64,000 nt of DNA from Cycas panzhihuaensis. Its lineage: Eukaryota; Plantae; Cycadophyta. The stretch's first letter is position 1; every line of letters starts with the position of its first letter. The DNA lies in the NCBI GenBank assembly GCA_023213395.1, contig CM041465.1, positions 207,025,741 to 207,089,740 on the forward strand. The letters are read 5' to 3'. The notes under the pieces are model-generated. The model saw only the letters and a list, made by a program, of their open reading frames with translations, was not told the DNA's origin and did not search any database. This document shows, piece by piece, positions 29,208 through 40,900 of this stretch. Position numbers and translations under genes: made by a program.

Positions 29208-31079
29208 GTAACTTACTCATTAGAGCAAAGTTAACTTTGTGTGAGCGATGTAGATCTTCGATTGTTATCTAATATATTTCCTAAGTCATGATTGCGGTGA
29301 ACCCATTTAGGTAGGGGTTGTAATGGTGGTTGAGGTGATGTTGTTTCCTAGTAGTTTCGGAGAGTTTCTCCACATAGGGGCACATATTTGGATGTATTTG
29401 GTGCATTAAACTTAATAGTAATGTCCTTTTGTTGTTCGTGATTATTTTGATAGTAGGTGTCCTCTTGAAATTTGACATCCCTACTCAGAATAACTTTTCG
29501 GGATTTGGGATCATAAACTTTGTAAGATCTTGATGATTCACTATATCCAATAAAGATACATTTTACACTATGATCATCTAATTTGGTTCTTCTTTGGTGG
29601 GGACATGGGCATAGGCTAAATGTACCAAATACCTTAAGGTGACGAATACTAGGTTTATAACCTGTCCATGCTTCTTCTGGTGTCTTCCTCTATGACTTTT
29701 GTGGAACATCGATTAAGTAAGTAGGCTGCGGTATGGATCGCTTGACCCAAAATTTATGGACTAAGTTTTTATCTTTAAGCATACAACGTGCCATTTCTAC
29801 TATAGTTCTTTGTTGCCGTTCAGCTATACCATTTTGTAATGGGGTGTAGGGGTAGGTATGTTGTCGCTAATCCCATGTTGGATCTGAATCTTTGAAGATA
29901 TTAGAGGTAAATTCTCCCCATTATCGATCTTAAGGAGAGGATATGGTATCCACTTTAATAAGCTCAACGTAGGTTTTGAAGTCAACAAAGTGGTCAAAAG
30001 CATCGATTTGTATTTGAGAAAAATACCCAAGTCTTTCTTGTAAAGTCATCAATAAATGTAAGGAAATATTTGGCACCGCCAGGAGGAGTGGCCATTGGGC
30101 CACAAATATCTGTATACGAGTTGAAGAGGCGGATGTCCGATGGCTAAAGTCTGGAAAGCTTTCTCTATGATGTTTTCCAAGAAGGCATCCCTCACACTCT
30201 TTGTTAACATCAATAGGGGTAAGCCATTAACCATATCTAATCTTTTTATAAGGGCTAAACTTGTATAATTAAGGTGGCCGGAACGTCGATGCCATAGGGC
30301 ACTATCCATAGTATTTGTGGTTCTAAGGGCATATGTTTCGAGGGGTGATAGTAAGTTTAAATAAACGATCTTTAGTCATGATACCCCTAGCAACAATAGC
30401 TTCATTTTGTCGTTTGTCTTTGATGACGCATTCGCCGTTGTCAAAAATTATTTTATAGTCTTGTCCCATCATCATCCTCTGGATAGTAAGTTTTTCCTTA
30501 AAGCGGGGACGTATAGAACATCATTTAAATATTTGTATTCACCACTATCAGTCAATAAGGCAATGTTACCTTTTCCAATCGATTCGTGAGAGGTGTTGTC
30601 TCCAAACATAATAGACCCTTTCTTATTTGTATCCAAAGTTTGAAATAATTGTTCTCTATGGGTCATGTGGGTGGAACAACCTAATCAATGTACCAACTAT
30701 CATCCTCTTCTTCTGGTTTGAAAAACTAGATAGAAATAACCTATTGTTGATTTTAGATGTGTTTGACACATGTCCTCAGAGGGTGGTCCATGTTTTGAAA
30801 AACACTTATCTTGATGACCATTTCTACGACAATAAGTGCAATATAGTTGATCTTTTTCCGTAACTAAGATTTTGATTCCTTGGTGAAGGGTGATCAAAGT
30901 TGAGAGGTCTCCCCCTTTCCTCATAGAATTGAGTATGAGTATTTCTTGGTTGGTCACGATAGTTTTGAGGTGTGGTAGAAGGTTGTGGGTTCCCATGACA
31001 ATGTGGACAACAAGAATGATTTTCAACTTGTCTTTGTTGGTTAGGGTTTCTTTGAGTGTTCGAGTGTCTTGGAGAGTTT

Positions 31080-31856
31080 TCATGTTGTGGGGTCGCCTTG
31101 TCTATTATGAGGAGCTTGGTATCGTAGAGGATTTTGTCTAGGTTCAAGTCTAGGGTTTTCATCTTTTCTCCTTAAAGGGAATTCATTTTGTTTTGAAGGG
31201 TCATCTTGAGGATTAGATTGAATGTTGGCCTTTGTAGCAAAGGCATGTTCTAAGGTTTCATTGGCAGCTTGTTGCTCTTCGATGGACATAAGCATAGCAG
31301 TAAGTTGTTCTATTTTGAGGGTACTTAGGTCTTTAGATACACTAATACTTGTAGCTACCATCTCAAAGCGTCTAACGGCTCCTACACATCGAAGGATTCG
31401 TTCAACAACTCTTTGTTCGGTTAAGGTATCCCCAAGGGACCTCATTTGGTTAACTATGTCTTGAATCTTGGTCATAAATTCAGTTATTGATTCATGAGGC
31501 ATCATACGTAAATTTTCAAACTTACTTCTTAAGTTTTGTAGTTTAGAGGACCTTTCTTCATAAATAAGCTGTAAAGTATCCCAAGCCTCTTTGGACTTAA
31601 GGGATTCACTAACGCGTGGGAAAACATGATCTTCCAAAGCGCAAAAGATAAGGGCTAAGGCTTCATTATCTTTTGATATTTTCTTTGTATGTAGCTTTTC
31701 GATGTCGATTGGGTTTGATCCTAAGTCATTGTAACCATTTCTTACGATATCCCACATTTCATTTGCTATGAGGATGGGCCTCATCCTCCTACTCCAGTTA
31801 AGAAAATTATTTCCATCAAACTTAGGAATAATCATATTCCCAAAACTAGATGCCAT
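31080..31856 (-). CDS. gag: Copia Gag (N-terminal 258 aa open)
   Basis: Uninterrupted ORF with Copia Gag motifs (FDGNNFLNW, SKEAWDTL, KLQNLRSKFENLRM, DLSTLKIEQL). Confidence 0.85.
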   Translation of the reverse strand: MASSFGNMIIPKFDGNNFLNWSRRMRPILIANEMWDIVRNGYNDLGSNPIDIEKLHTKKISKDNEALALIFCALEDHVFPRVSESLKSKEAWDTLQLIYEERSSKLQNLRSKFENLRMMPHESITEFMTKIQDIVNQMRSLGDTLTEQRVVERILRCVGAVRRFEMVATSISVSKDLSTLKIEQLTAMLMSIEEQQAANETLEHAFATKANIQSNPQDDPSKQNEFPLRRKDENPRLEPRQNPLRYQAPHNRQGDPTT

Positions 31857-34084
31857 TGTAAATTAAGGTTGTATAAAATATGATAAATGCAATAGCAAAG
31901 TATTTGAATGTAGAAAATCTGAAAGAACTTAAAGAGATTATTTCCAAATGTATATATATCCCAAGGTTTTCAAAAGTTTGAACAAATGAACTAGGACCTA
32001 GAAAGGCTACTAGGCTCTAAGTTTATGTTTTTCCTGGGGCAACCTTCTTCTGCTATTACACGGCGCCCACAGATGGCAAAACAGGGGACCCGTTATCTGA
32101 TCGAGCGCTAGGCTCTATATACCTCAGTACGTGGGCTGCTAAGAAGGCTTTGACACCCCCCTGAATTGTTGGTCCACCTGCGCCGGATTTATGCCTAACG
32201 ACAGATCTAGCGGTGAAGGTTCTCGAACCAAAGGCACTCACCCTCTCCAAGTCTAGCCTTGGTCTCCAAACACCATAAAAGGAAAAAGGTTCTGCACCTC
32301 ACCGCCAATATACACACGATGGTAATGGTCGTCCTCATCCAATATGAGTAGGCCGATTAGCGTGTGCAGAGTGGTAACTTCAGGGGTCCTAACTGCCCCT
32401 TGCAATTTGGAAAAAGTGTGGTTCAATTCGGGATTTATCTTATTTAATGTGAAAACTAATCTATTTAGCAATGTGGTCTTGCTTAGAAAAAGAAAAATTC
32501 TTTTGATAATAATAAAAAATGCTCTAAGCAAGATGAAATGAAAAACTTTTACAAAAAAAAACTCTTTTTGCTTTTTTAAAAAAAAATATATAATGTCCTT
32601 CAAACAAATGTAATATGCCTTTGAAAAGAAATGCAGTTTTTCTTTTTATAAGTGCAAGAGGGATGATATTTTCCAATAATGAAGAAGAACTTTGATACAC
32701 TTTTAATCAAAAAGGAAGTAATGATGCTCAAAAAACTTTTCACTTATGCAAGATTTAAAAATAAACTTTTGAGAATAGATAATAAATCTTCAATGTAAAA
32801 ACTTCTTTAAGAACAACTTTTATGTATTGCCTTATAAATAAATACTTGTTCAAAATAATGTAAAGTGCTTATAGAAAGATCAAGCAAAAACTTTGAGTAA
32901 ACTAGAATTTTCTTTACAATTTTTGAAAGGGAGACAAGCTTGTTAGGATGAATATATATACTCAACTCGATAAATTGAAAACTATATTAAATGAGGTCGA
33001 ATAGTTTAAAATTTTGTCAATATGTAGATTCTTTGAAATGTGAATCCAATAAAGCAGACGGTTTTGAAATTGGATACCAATAAGTCACGTTTGAATGATG
33101 CTAAGAAAAGGACCTCCTTATGGAGCCTAACAGGAGCAAGGTAGGCAAAAATTGTATAAAAGTATTAATTAATCCTTAGAAAAGCTGAACAAATGATCAA
33201 ATATGATTGATGAAGTAATTAATATTCTGCCAATTGAAAAAAATTTGAAAGAATATATTAAACAGGTGTAAAAAAACAGATTTAGGCCAATAAAATGACT
33301 CAACTTTAGCGGATTTGAAATATAAGCAAAATATGTCAAAATATATGAAAAAATATATCACAGTGAAGAGAAATGAGTCAGCTTCCCAACGAAGCTGACG
33401 GAAATGAAATCTGATAAAAATTGCAAAAGATATAGTGAAAAAGGTGACAAGTATCTTTATGGAGAATGTTCAAGAAACAGGTAAAATCAACTAATTTTCT
33501 TATTTTAACGATTAAAATATCAGTGAAAATGAAGTCAAAAAATAAAAATAAAAGATGGGTATTGGAGTCTATATGACGTAGATCACAATAGAAAAAATTC
33601 GGATACAAAACAGTTTACCAACAAGAAATAGCAGCCAGTTCTAAAACCGATTTTATCAAAAATGTAAAAACTGCTGAAATTTCGAAAGTCCAATGTTAAA
33701 AGGGGTGAAACGAAGTCAAATGGGCACCAAATCGGTCTTATGACCAGTCGAAATTTATCTACGGAAAATTTCTGATCTGATGGCGCAGGTTTCGTCTGAA
33801 ACCGATGAGCCAAAAAGAAGTTATGGCCTCGAAAGCGCCAATAACCCTATGGAAAAATAAAATTTTTAAAAAATAAAGTTTTAAAAATGAAAAACACTTA
33901 TTAAAAAGTGGTCTGAGGAAGTACTGGGCTGGGATTGAACCCAAGACCAGTCAGGAAACAGAAAACCTCCGATGCCAGGAGGGTGAACTCGCTCGTCGAG
34001 TTCAAAAACACAAAAAATAATCAAAACTTTTAAAACCAGATTTGAAAAAAACATATATTAGATTTAAACTTTAAAACTTTAACG

Positions 34085-35005
34085 CCAATTAAACTTTGAA
34101 CATCAACGCAACGAAGTGTAACGGAGATCAAATTAAACTTTAAACATCAACGCAATGAAGTGCAACGGAGATCAAACAAATATTACATCAACGCAATACA
34201 ACGCGCAATGCAATACGGAAGTGAACTATTAAGTATCAACAGAAAAAATAGCAACGGAGATCAAATATAGACGCAGCGATCTGAAGGGCGCGCCGATTGG
34301 AAACGTATTGACGGAGGACGATAAATGCAAGGACACGCAATGAATAGAAATGCAAATCCGCCGACTGGAAACGCAAATACATCCGCAATAAATATCGAAA
34401 TGGAATAGCGTCAATGTAGACGCAATAAATACAGACCGGATAGAGACGCGAAGCAGAAGTATAAATGCAGATCTCCAAACGGAGATATATGCAGAGACGC
34501 AGCGATAAATACAGATCTGGAAATCGGATCTGGAGATCAAATAGATGCAGATACAAATGCAATAAATACAAATGCAACGCCGATCAAACTATAGAGACGC
34601 AGCAAATCTCAGCGGCTCAGGAGATCAAATCTACGATATGGGCAATGACGGACAGCGATATACATACAGATGTCAACAATGACGGAACGCAGTATGAATC
34701 ATCAAAACTTCTGCAATAAAGAGGCGAGGACGGAGGGTAGACGCAGATGTAAATGCCGATTACAAATGTAAATGTAAATGCCGATTACAATATGGAGACG
34801 CAAATGTAAATGTAACGGATCAAATATAAATGTTTGAAAAGATCAAATGTAATATATGGAGACGCAAATGTAAATCGCCGATACGCAAAGCACAAAGCCA
34901 ATACAGACAGAGATATATAAATGCAGGCTTGAAGGAACAGAGATATATAAGCACCGGCTGAAGGTATATACGCAAGAATAGAGATATATAAATGCAGGTA
35001 CTGAG
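34085..35005. repeat. Minisatellite-like CpG-containing repeats in the leader of Copia E
   Basis: A ~44-bp tandem unit (AATTAAACTTT.AACATCAACGCAA.GAAGTG.AACGGAGATCA) at ~34087-34175. Recurrent motifs GACGCAAATGTAAAT, GCCGATTACA and AGAGATATATAAATGCAGG. Confidence 0.8.
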
Positions 35006-37979
35006 ATTAATATATTCCAATTGCAAAATGATTAACAGAGGGAACTGAGGAATGCTATGCTAACACAGAGGATCACTCAAGATCTATTGGGCATATATAT
35101 ATTGAACTAAATAGAAGGCATATATCAATAATATTTAAAAAAAATAAAAAATGAAACGAGGAACCTAGTTTCCGTGTGGAGAGCAAACTTCCGAGTGGGA
35201 GATCTTCCTCCACAGTGGATGGAATCCAGAACCGTCTTCTCCAGCAGATCGGTGAGCTCGCCAGAATCTCAACGAGCAGTCATATAGCTATGTTCCGTCG
35301 GACGTTTGAGCAACCAAAAACCGAAAATAGACAACCTTAGCTCTGATACCAAATGATGGAGCCGGAGGAGCAGAGCAGGACATCACGCGACTTTCATCTT
35401 GAGTACAACGGCGATTTCCGAAAGAGTGGCGGTGTTAATAAACACCAGGGAGGTATTCCCAACCCATAAATAGAGATTCGGGGAGGCGTCGGGCGCCATC
35501 ACCCTAGCTGCACAACAATTAAGGTTAGTTTGAAAAATATAAAAATAAATAGCGAATACGTACCTCACGTGAGTGGTCGGTCCGGGCGGCTACTGAACGG
35601 TCCAAGGTGCCCTAGGGGCCCTCAAAGGTGGCTTTGAGGGGCCCTAAGCGCTCTAGTGCACAAACATTGGGATTATTCCCAACAAGAGACATAGATTTCA
35701 ATCCTATGTTCCATTGATGGTTGAAGACGTACAGGATGATTGAAGAATGAGGATCAACATGCTAGTCAAACCTCATGATAGACACCAATATTCTAGTAAG
35801 TGAAGATTTGTAATGGAGAGTTGTATTAATGGAGAGTGATATATATGGGATTTGGGTTCCTTTCCTCCCTCAAGAACTTGGTCAATTTGCAAGTTGGAAG
35901 ACTTGATGCATAAGATTTTATATATAAAGAAGGATTCAAGTATGAGGTGATATTATACACCAATCTCTATACTATTGGTCTATTTGATTCTTACTTTAGT
36001 AACTTCAGATATTTGGGTGTCATATCACATCATATCAACATTCCTTAATAGAGAATTGAAGAGGATATTCATATGGCTTAAGTGGTTTAACCTCTTGGTT
36101 TAGTCAAAGGAAAATAATTGAGTTTTATGGACTAAGTGTCAATGTGAGAGAGAGTTGTATGGTTGTAGGGATTGTTAGAGTATTCCAAAAGAATCAAGCA
36201 CATATAAGGCACATCATAATTACATATGAGAGAAGGTCATATCAAGGAAGATGCAGGTTGAAGTTTGTTTAAATGGATATCAACTTGAGGACATGTTCAC
36301 TAAGCTTTAACTAAAGATTGCTACATTGATATTCATGCATATTGGGTGAGGCTATCCTTGGGAGGGGATCTATTACCAAGGATAAACCTTGGTAGCCCAC
36401 ATTTATATTAAGAGGGGATGTTAGAATATATTACCATACTGACTAATATTAATGTGTAGTGAGTTAATGCACATAATATTCTCGATGTAATATTGGATGA
36501 GCCAATAGATGTAATCACATAATGTAATATTATCAAGGCACTTTAGATCTATAAATAAAGATCAAAATCCATCTATGTAATATGTCAGATTTATCAAAAA
36601 TGTGAAATAATATCATTTTGGTGGATTTTCACTTGAGAGGCTTTCCCACCTCAAATTTAGTATCCCATGTGTATTTGTTTATGTTTGAATCTACTTTGTA
36701 TGAAAGGTTTTATTGATGTACTTGCATATAGGTGTTTCCTAACAATAAGGGTTTAATAAAATAGATAATCACTCACTCATTAGCTAGATCTTTACTTGTG
36801 AGAGATAACTATGGTTGCAATAGACTGACATCTGACTCTTTTACTTTGGTTGTGGCTTTATGCATTTGCATCCTTCAACCTTTTGACTACATCTATAATC
36901 TTAAGAGTGCATCGATGACTATTAATACATATGATCTTATTAAATTGTGACCATAACAATGACTATAATAATACAACCTATGTGAGGCAATTTCATCCAT
37001 GGACCTATGTTCTCTAATTTAGTGGCTATACTCGATAAGCAACTCAACCGATAGATAGTTGGCATTAATATCCTCTTTGTTTTCTTCCTCATCTATGGAT
37101 CTTCATCCATGCTATATCTCAATGATCTATGTTAACTTCATACATGTTATGTCCATGACTCCTCTATCTATATTCTCTCTATAGAAATAGTCTTTATAAC
37201 ATGTGTATACTAATAACTCAACTCTTTAAGGCTAGTGACCAAATGATATTATGATAAGTACATTATCCTCAACATATGATAGATAACTCTTCAAATAGAT
37301 ACAAGAAAGGTAGTCTTATGTCATCTTTTTGCTTACCTCTAAAGATCGATGCAATAGCATAAACATAAGGAAAACTCACTTGTAAAATAAATGAGACCAT
37401 AGAGGAGGCATCTAGGTTGCTTAAAAAAAGACCATTGTAGTATCATGACTACTCTTTCAATTGTCAAAGAAGATCAATCCTTAATGAAGGGTTATGCCAA
37501 TACTACCTTACAGCTTACAACCTCATCACATTGCCTAACATTCATTTTCTTTATGTGTGATCATCTACTTTGATACCATGTTAGAAACAAACATGCAAAA
37601 CATGATATAGATCACTTATAGCATGAAGGATGCAAGCACATAGCATATAGATTTACATGGGAAACCTTTCAGGTTAAACATACCACAAAATAATTATGAT
37701 TATATTTATACAAAGATATATTATAATGGACTTTGGATCTCTTTAAAAAGATCCTCAATTATACATCTGTCAACCCACATTGGCCTTAATATAATATTAT
37801 TTTTCATCACTTTAATATCCATAATATGCACACCATATTTAACATTAGTTGGTTAAGTCACCACTCCAACATTTTCCACTATCAATTTTCATAATATTAG
37901 GTGAAAAATGAGTCATCAATTAGGTTGACATTTTTATAAGTTAAAATTCTAACATATAAGGGGTTTTAATAGAATCAAT

Positions 37980-40900
37980 ATGTGATATAGTGTATGTAAA
38001 AATATAATATCATATCAAAGTAGTAATTAAAAGATGATTCCTAGCCAAAAATAACATTTATAAAATTCCACCTTCATGAAATGTGAATCCAATTTTTAGA
38101 AGCTTAATGTGTACTCACTATAGAGGAAATATTAGCATTTTAGCTATCATGCTAATATATTCCTATAATTAATAGATAATCAATCTCAAGAATAACTAGG
38201 CTACTTAACCATTATTCACACTAAGTAGTGTCAAGTAGTCTTCCTTATTACCTAGTGAAGGGTATATATAAAATTTCAAGTATGATGTTTAGCATAATCT
38301 TATTTGGTGATAATCTTTGTAATATGAAGAAAATCTAAATAGAGATTTTAAGAAATGAATGAAGTGCAATTTCATATGTTAAAATAGTTTCAAAATTATT
38401 TGATTCAAGCTCAAGATTTATAATGTAGCAGGTCTTAGTAGAAAACCACTAAAAAAGTTACAACTATGGATTTACAAAAAAATCTTAAGTTAGAAGCTTT
38501 CAACTAGATTTTGTCACATGTCATATCTTGCAGATGTGTGGTAAGAAAATGTGTTTTGATGATAGAAAGTGTAAGTATGAGATATTAGATTTTCTTACAT
38601 CTCACATCTCATAGATGTGAGGCAAAAAAAAGGAATTTTGATGAGATATACATGAGTGTGAGATTTTAGTATTTCTCACATCTTGTAAGAATTTGGAAGA
38701 AATGTTCATCAAGTGGTTGCAAGCCACAAGTCATAAGTCATAATGAAAAGGAAACTATATAATGAAATTACCAAATAATCTAATCCATTGAACAAGTAAT
38801 GGAAAAAATGTAGGAAAGAAAATTAATATCCATCATTATGGATAGTAGTCATTTGATTAAGATCAAATGATGAATTTAGATCATCTAATCCTTAACATTA
38901 ATAATATATAAAGGAAAACTCACATGTCATGTTTTGCAAACTTGAATGAAAATGGAGAATAAAAGGCTAGTAACTTATGAGTCATGAGATATAAAGAAGA
39001 GGAATAATAAGAGATCTAAGCTATTGAATTGTAATTTGAGATTAAATCTAGTCCATTTCCTTAGAAACAAAGAAATAAAGTTAGAGTTAAAGTGTTTATA
39101 ATGAGAAAGTACAAGATATATCATAGTCATCCAATGGAGATACTATATTTAATCATGGTTGTTAATCACTAAAGGGAGAAATTAAACAAAGACACAAAAT
39201 GAAATAATGAATAACAATCATTGTATGATGATCAAGCAACAAGTCTAAACCTTCCATTCAAGGATAATAAGTAAATACTAGCCATCATATAGAGATGTAG
39301 ATAATAGATCTAAGATGTTAATCTAATAATGGAGTGGCAAAGGGAAGAATAGAGAATAACTTATAAATAAAGTACAAGCTTATTAGATGTTGATACATAA
39401 CAAAAATAGGAAGTAATGCATAAGTAATTAGGATTGTTTTAGAAATCTTAGCACAACTATAAGCTCCAAGCTTTAGTAAAAAGTAAGAGCAAACAAAAGG
39501 TATCAGGAATCATCATCATATCTAAACTTTTTCAATTAGGGGAAATGTCCATTATTCACTTTTACTTTCTCTTCTTTCTTTTTCTCCTTTAAAATTATAA
39601 TCTAATAGCTCTTGAGAGGATTATCCATTAGCTTGTAAAGGAATTTTATAACATAACTCACTATATATTTGGTTGTATAGTTAACAAGCTATGTAAATTA
39701 TTGTTTTAAAGTTTTGAGATGCTGATATGATAATGTTGGTTATATCTACTCTTTTCTATTTGTATATTTCACACTTATCTATGGAATAAAGTCTCATTTA
39801 ACTAGTTATACATGTTATATGGATGAATGTTCATAGTCTAATGATGGCAATCTAATCTCTTTATTTTGTAGAGTTATTTGTAGTAGTCTTACGTTGTCTC
39901 AAATCTCTTTCTTATTTTATCATTTAGAACTCTTATTTCTATCACTATTATTTTCTTCATTTGTGATCAATTTAATATATGTAAATATGTATTTCATTTG
40001 GTAAGTATCTATATTTCTTTACATTCTAGAAAAGAATACTTCATGGACTAGTCCCTTTCATTTATCTAGAATACTCTTCTAAAGAAACATAAGAAATTTA
40101 GGTAAAATTTTTGGAAACCATACTAGGGAAGCCAATTCTCCATCATTATTTCCTTCACTCTTTTTTTATTTTCATTCCACTCTATACTTAAGTTATATAG
40201 CCTTTTCCCACCAATCTAGATTCTATTGAAAAACCATATACTAACTAGGGTAGGGCTTTAGGTATCAATTAAGAGTTATTACATTCTTTACTTGATAAAA
40301 AATTAAGGAGGATGCTTGGTGTCAAATAGGAGTTTGATGAGGGATAAGTTCTTGAATCCAATAGGGGAAGCCACTTTATTTTTAAGAGAGAAAGTTAGAT
40401 AAAGACTTTATTATTGAAATGGTTAACCAAAATAACAGAAAATATTGAGATCAACATAATGAAAACCCACTTCCTTGGCTCAAAAGTAGCCTATTAGATC
40501 TTAGAGATGACTAATATGATATGTTTAAAAAGTCTTGGGATGTGATATCTAGGTTTAGAGGGGATAAGTCACCATTTATAAGTGAATAACATATTAAGGA
40601 TTTCTCAAATAAGGCCCATATATTTAACATGTGACCCCTTTTTGTGGCCACCAAACTCTTTGTCCACATATTGGAAGGTAAGGCTTATCTCTACTATCAA
40701 TCATTAACTAATTCTTCAATCTATAATTAGGACAATTTGATGAATGCCTTTGAAGCTACATATTTTAGCAAAAATAATCTACTAACCCTAGTTAAAGAAT
40801 TTTTTGATATTAAGAAATGACCCTAAGGAATCTATCTAAGATTACATTAAGAGTTTTTGTAGAGATATTAAAAGGATCAACCCAAAGTTTCATCTAATAG

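Larger units (their letters stand above)
27718..31856 (-). pseudogene. pol: Copia E gag-pol (Gag, Zn knuckle, PR, INT, RT, RH); frameshifted in this assembly
   Basis: Gag MASSFGNMIIPKFDGNNFLNW; CTYCRRNGH knuckle; protease region VLYVPALRKNLLS; LWHRRSGHL; [37 protein letters not shown]; RH NPRFHGRTKHIETHYHFIR. Confidence 0.95.
27357..35684 (-). mobile_element. Young full-length Ty1/Copia element 'E' (8.3 kb)
   Basis: Near-identical TG..CA LTRs at 27357-27682 and 35354-35684. Perfect PBS TGGTATCAGAGC (rc of 35340-35351) and PPT GGGGAGAA (rc of 27683-27690). CpG-rich. Flanks GAAGA/AGA match the empty site in D2 (TTTGAAGAGAT). Confidence 0.97.
24404..36744 (+). mobile_element. Family D copy 3 (complete, ~4.0 kb without the nested element E)
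   Basis: LTRs at 24404-24721 and 36419-36744. Degenerate PBS TTGTATTAGAAC at 24722 and PPT at 36410-36418. Confidence 0.88.
11207..37871 (-). mobile_element. Ty1/Copia element 'B' (degenerate), host to ~21 kb of nested insertions
   Basis: LTRs at 11207-11509 and 37579-37871. TSD TTTTC at 11202-11206 and 37872-37876. PBS at 37568-37578 (rc TGGTATCAAAG) and PPT at 11510-11518. Confidence 0.9.

Noticed and set aside
33926-33949. tRNA gene
   Set aside because: Only a T-arm-like motif is present; no acceptor, D or anticodon stems could be built.
34229-35026. ORFs in the E leader as an env-like or extra gene
   Set aside because: They are short, overlapping, low-complexity translations of the minisatellite block with no recognisable domain. 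Assembly indels leave some uncertainty.
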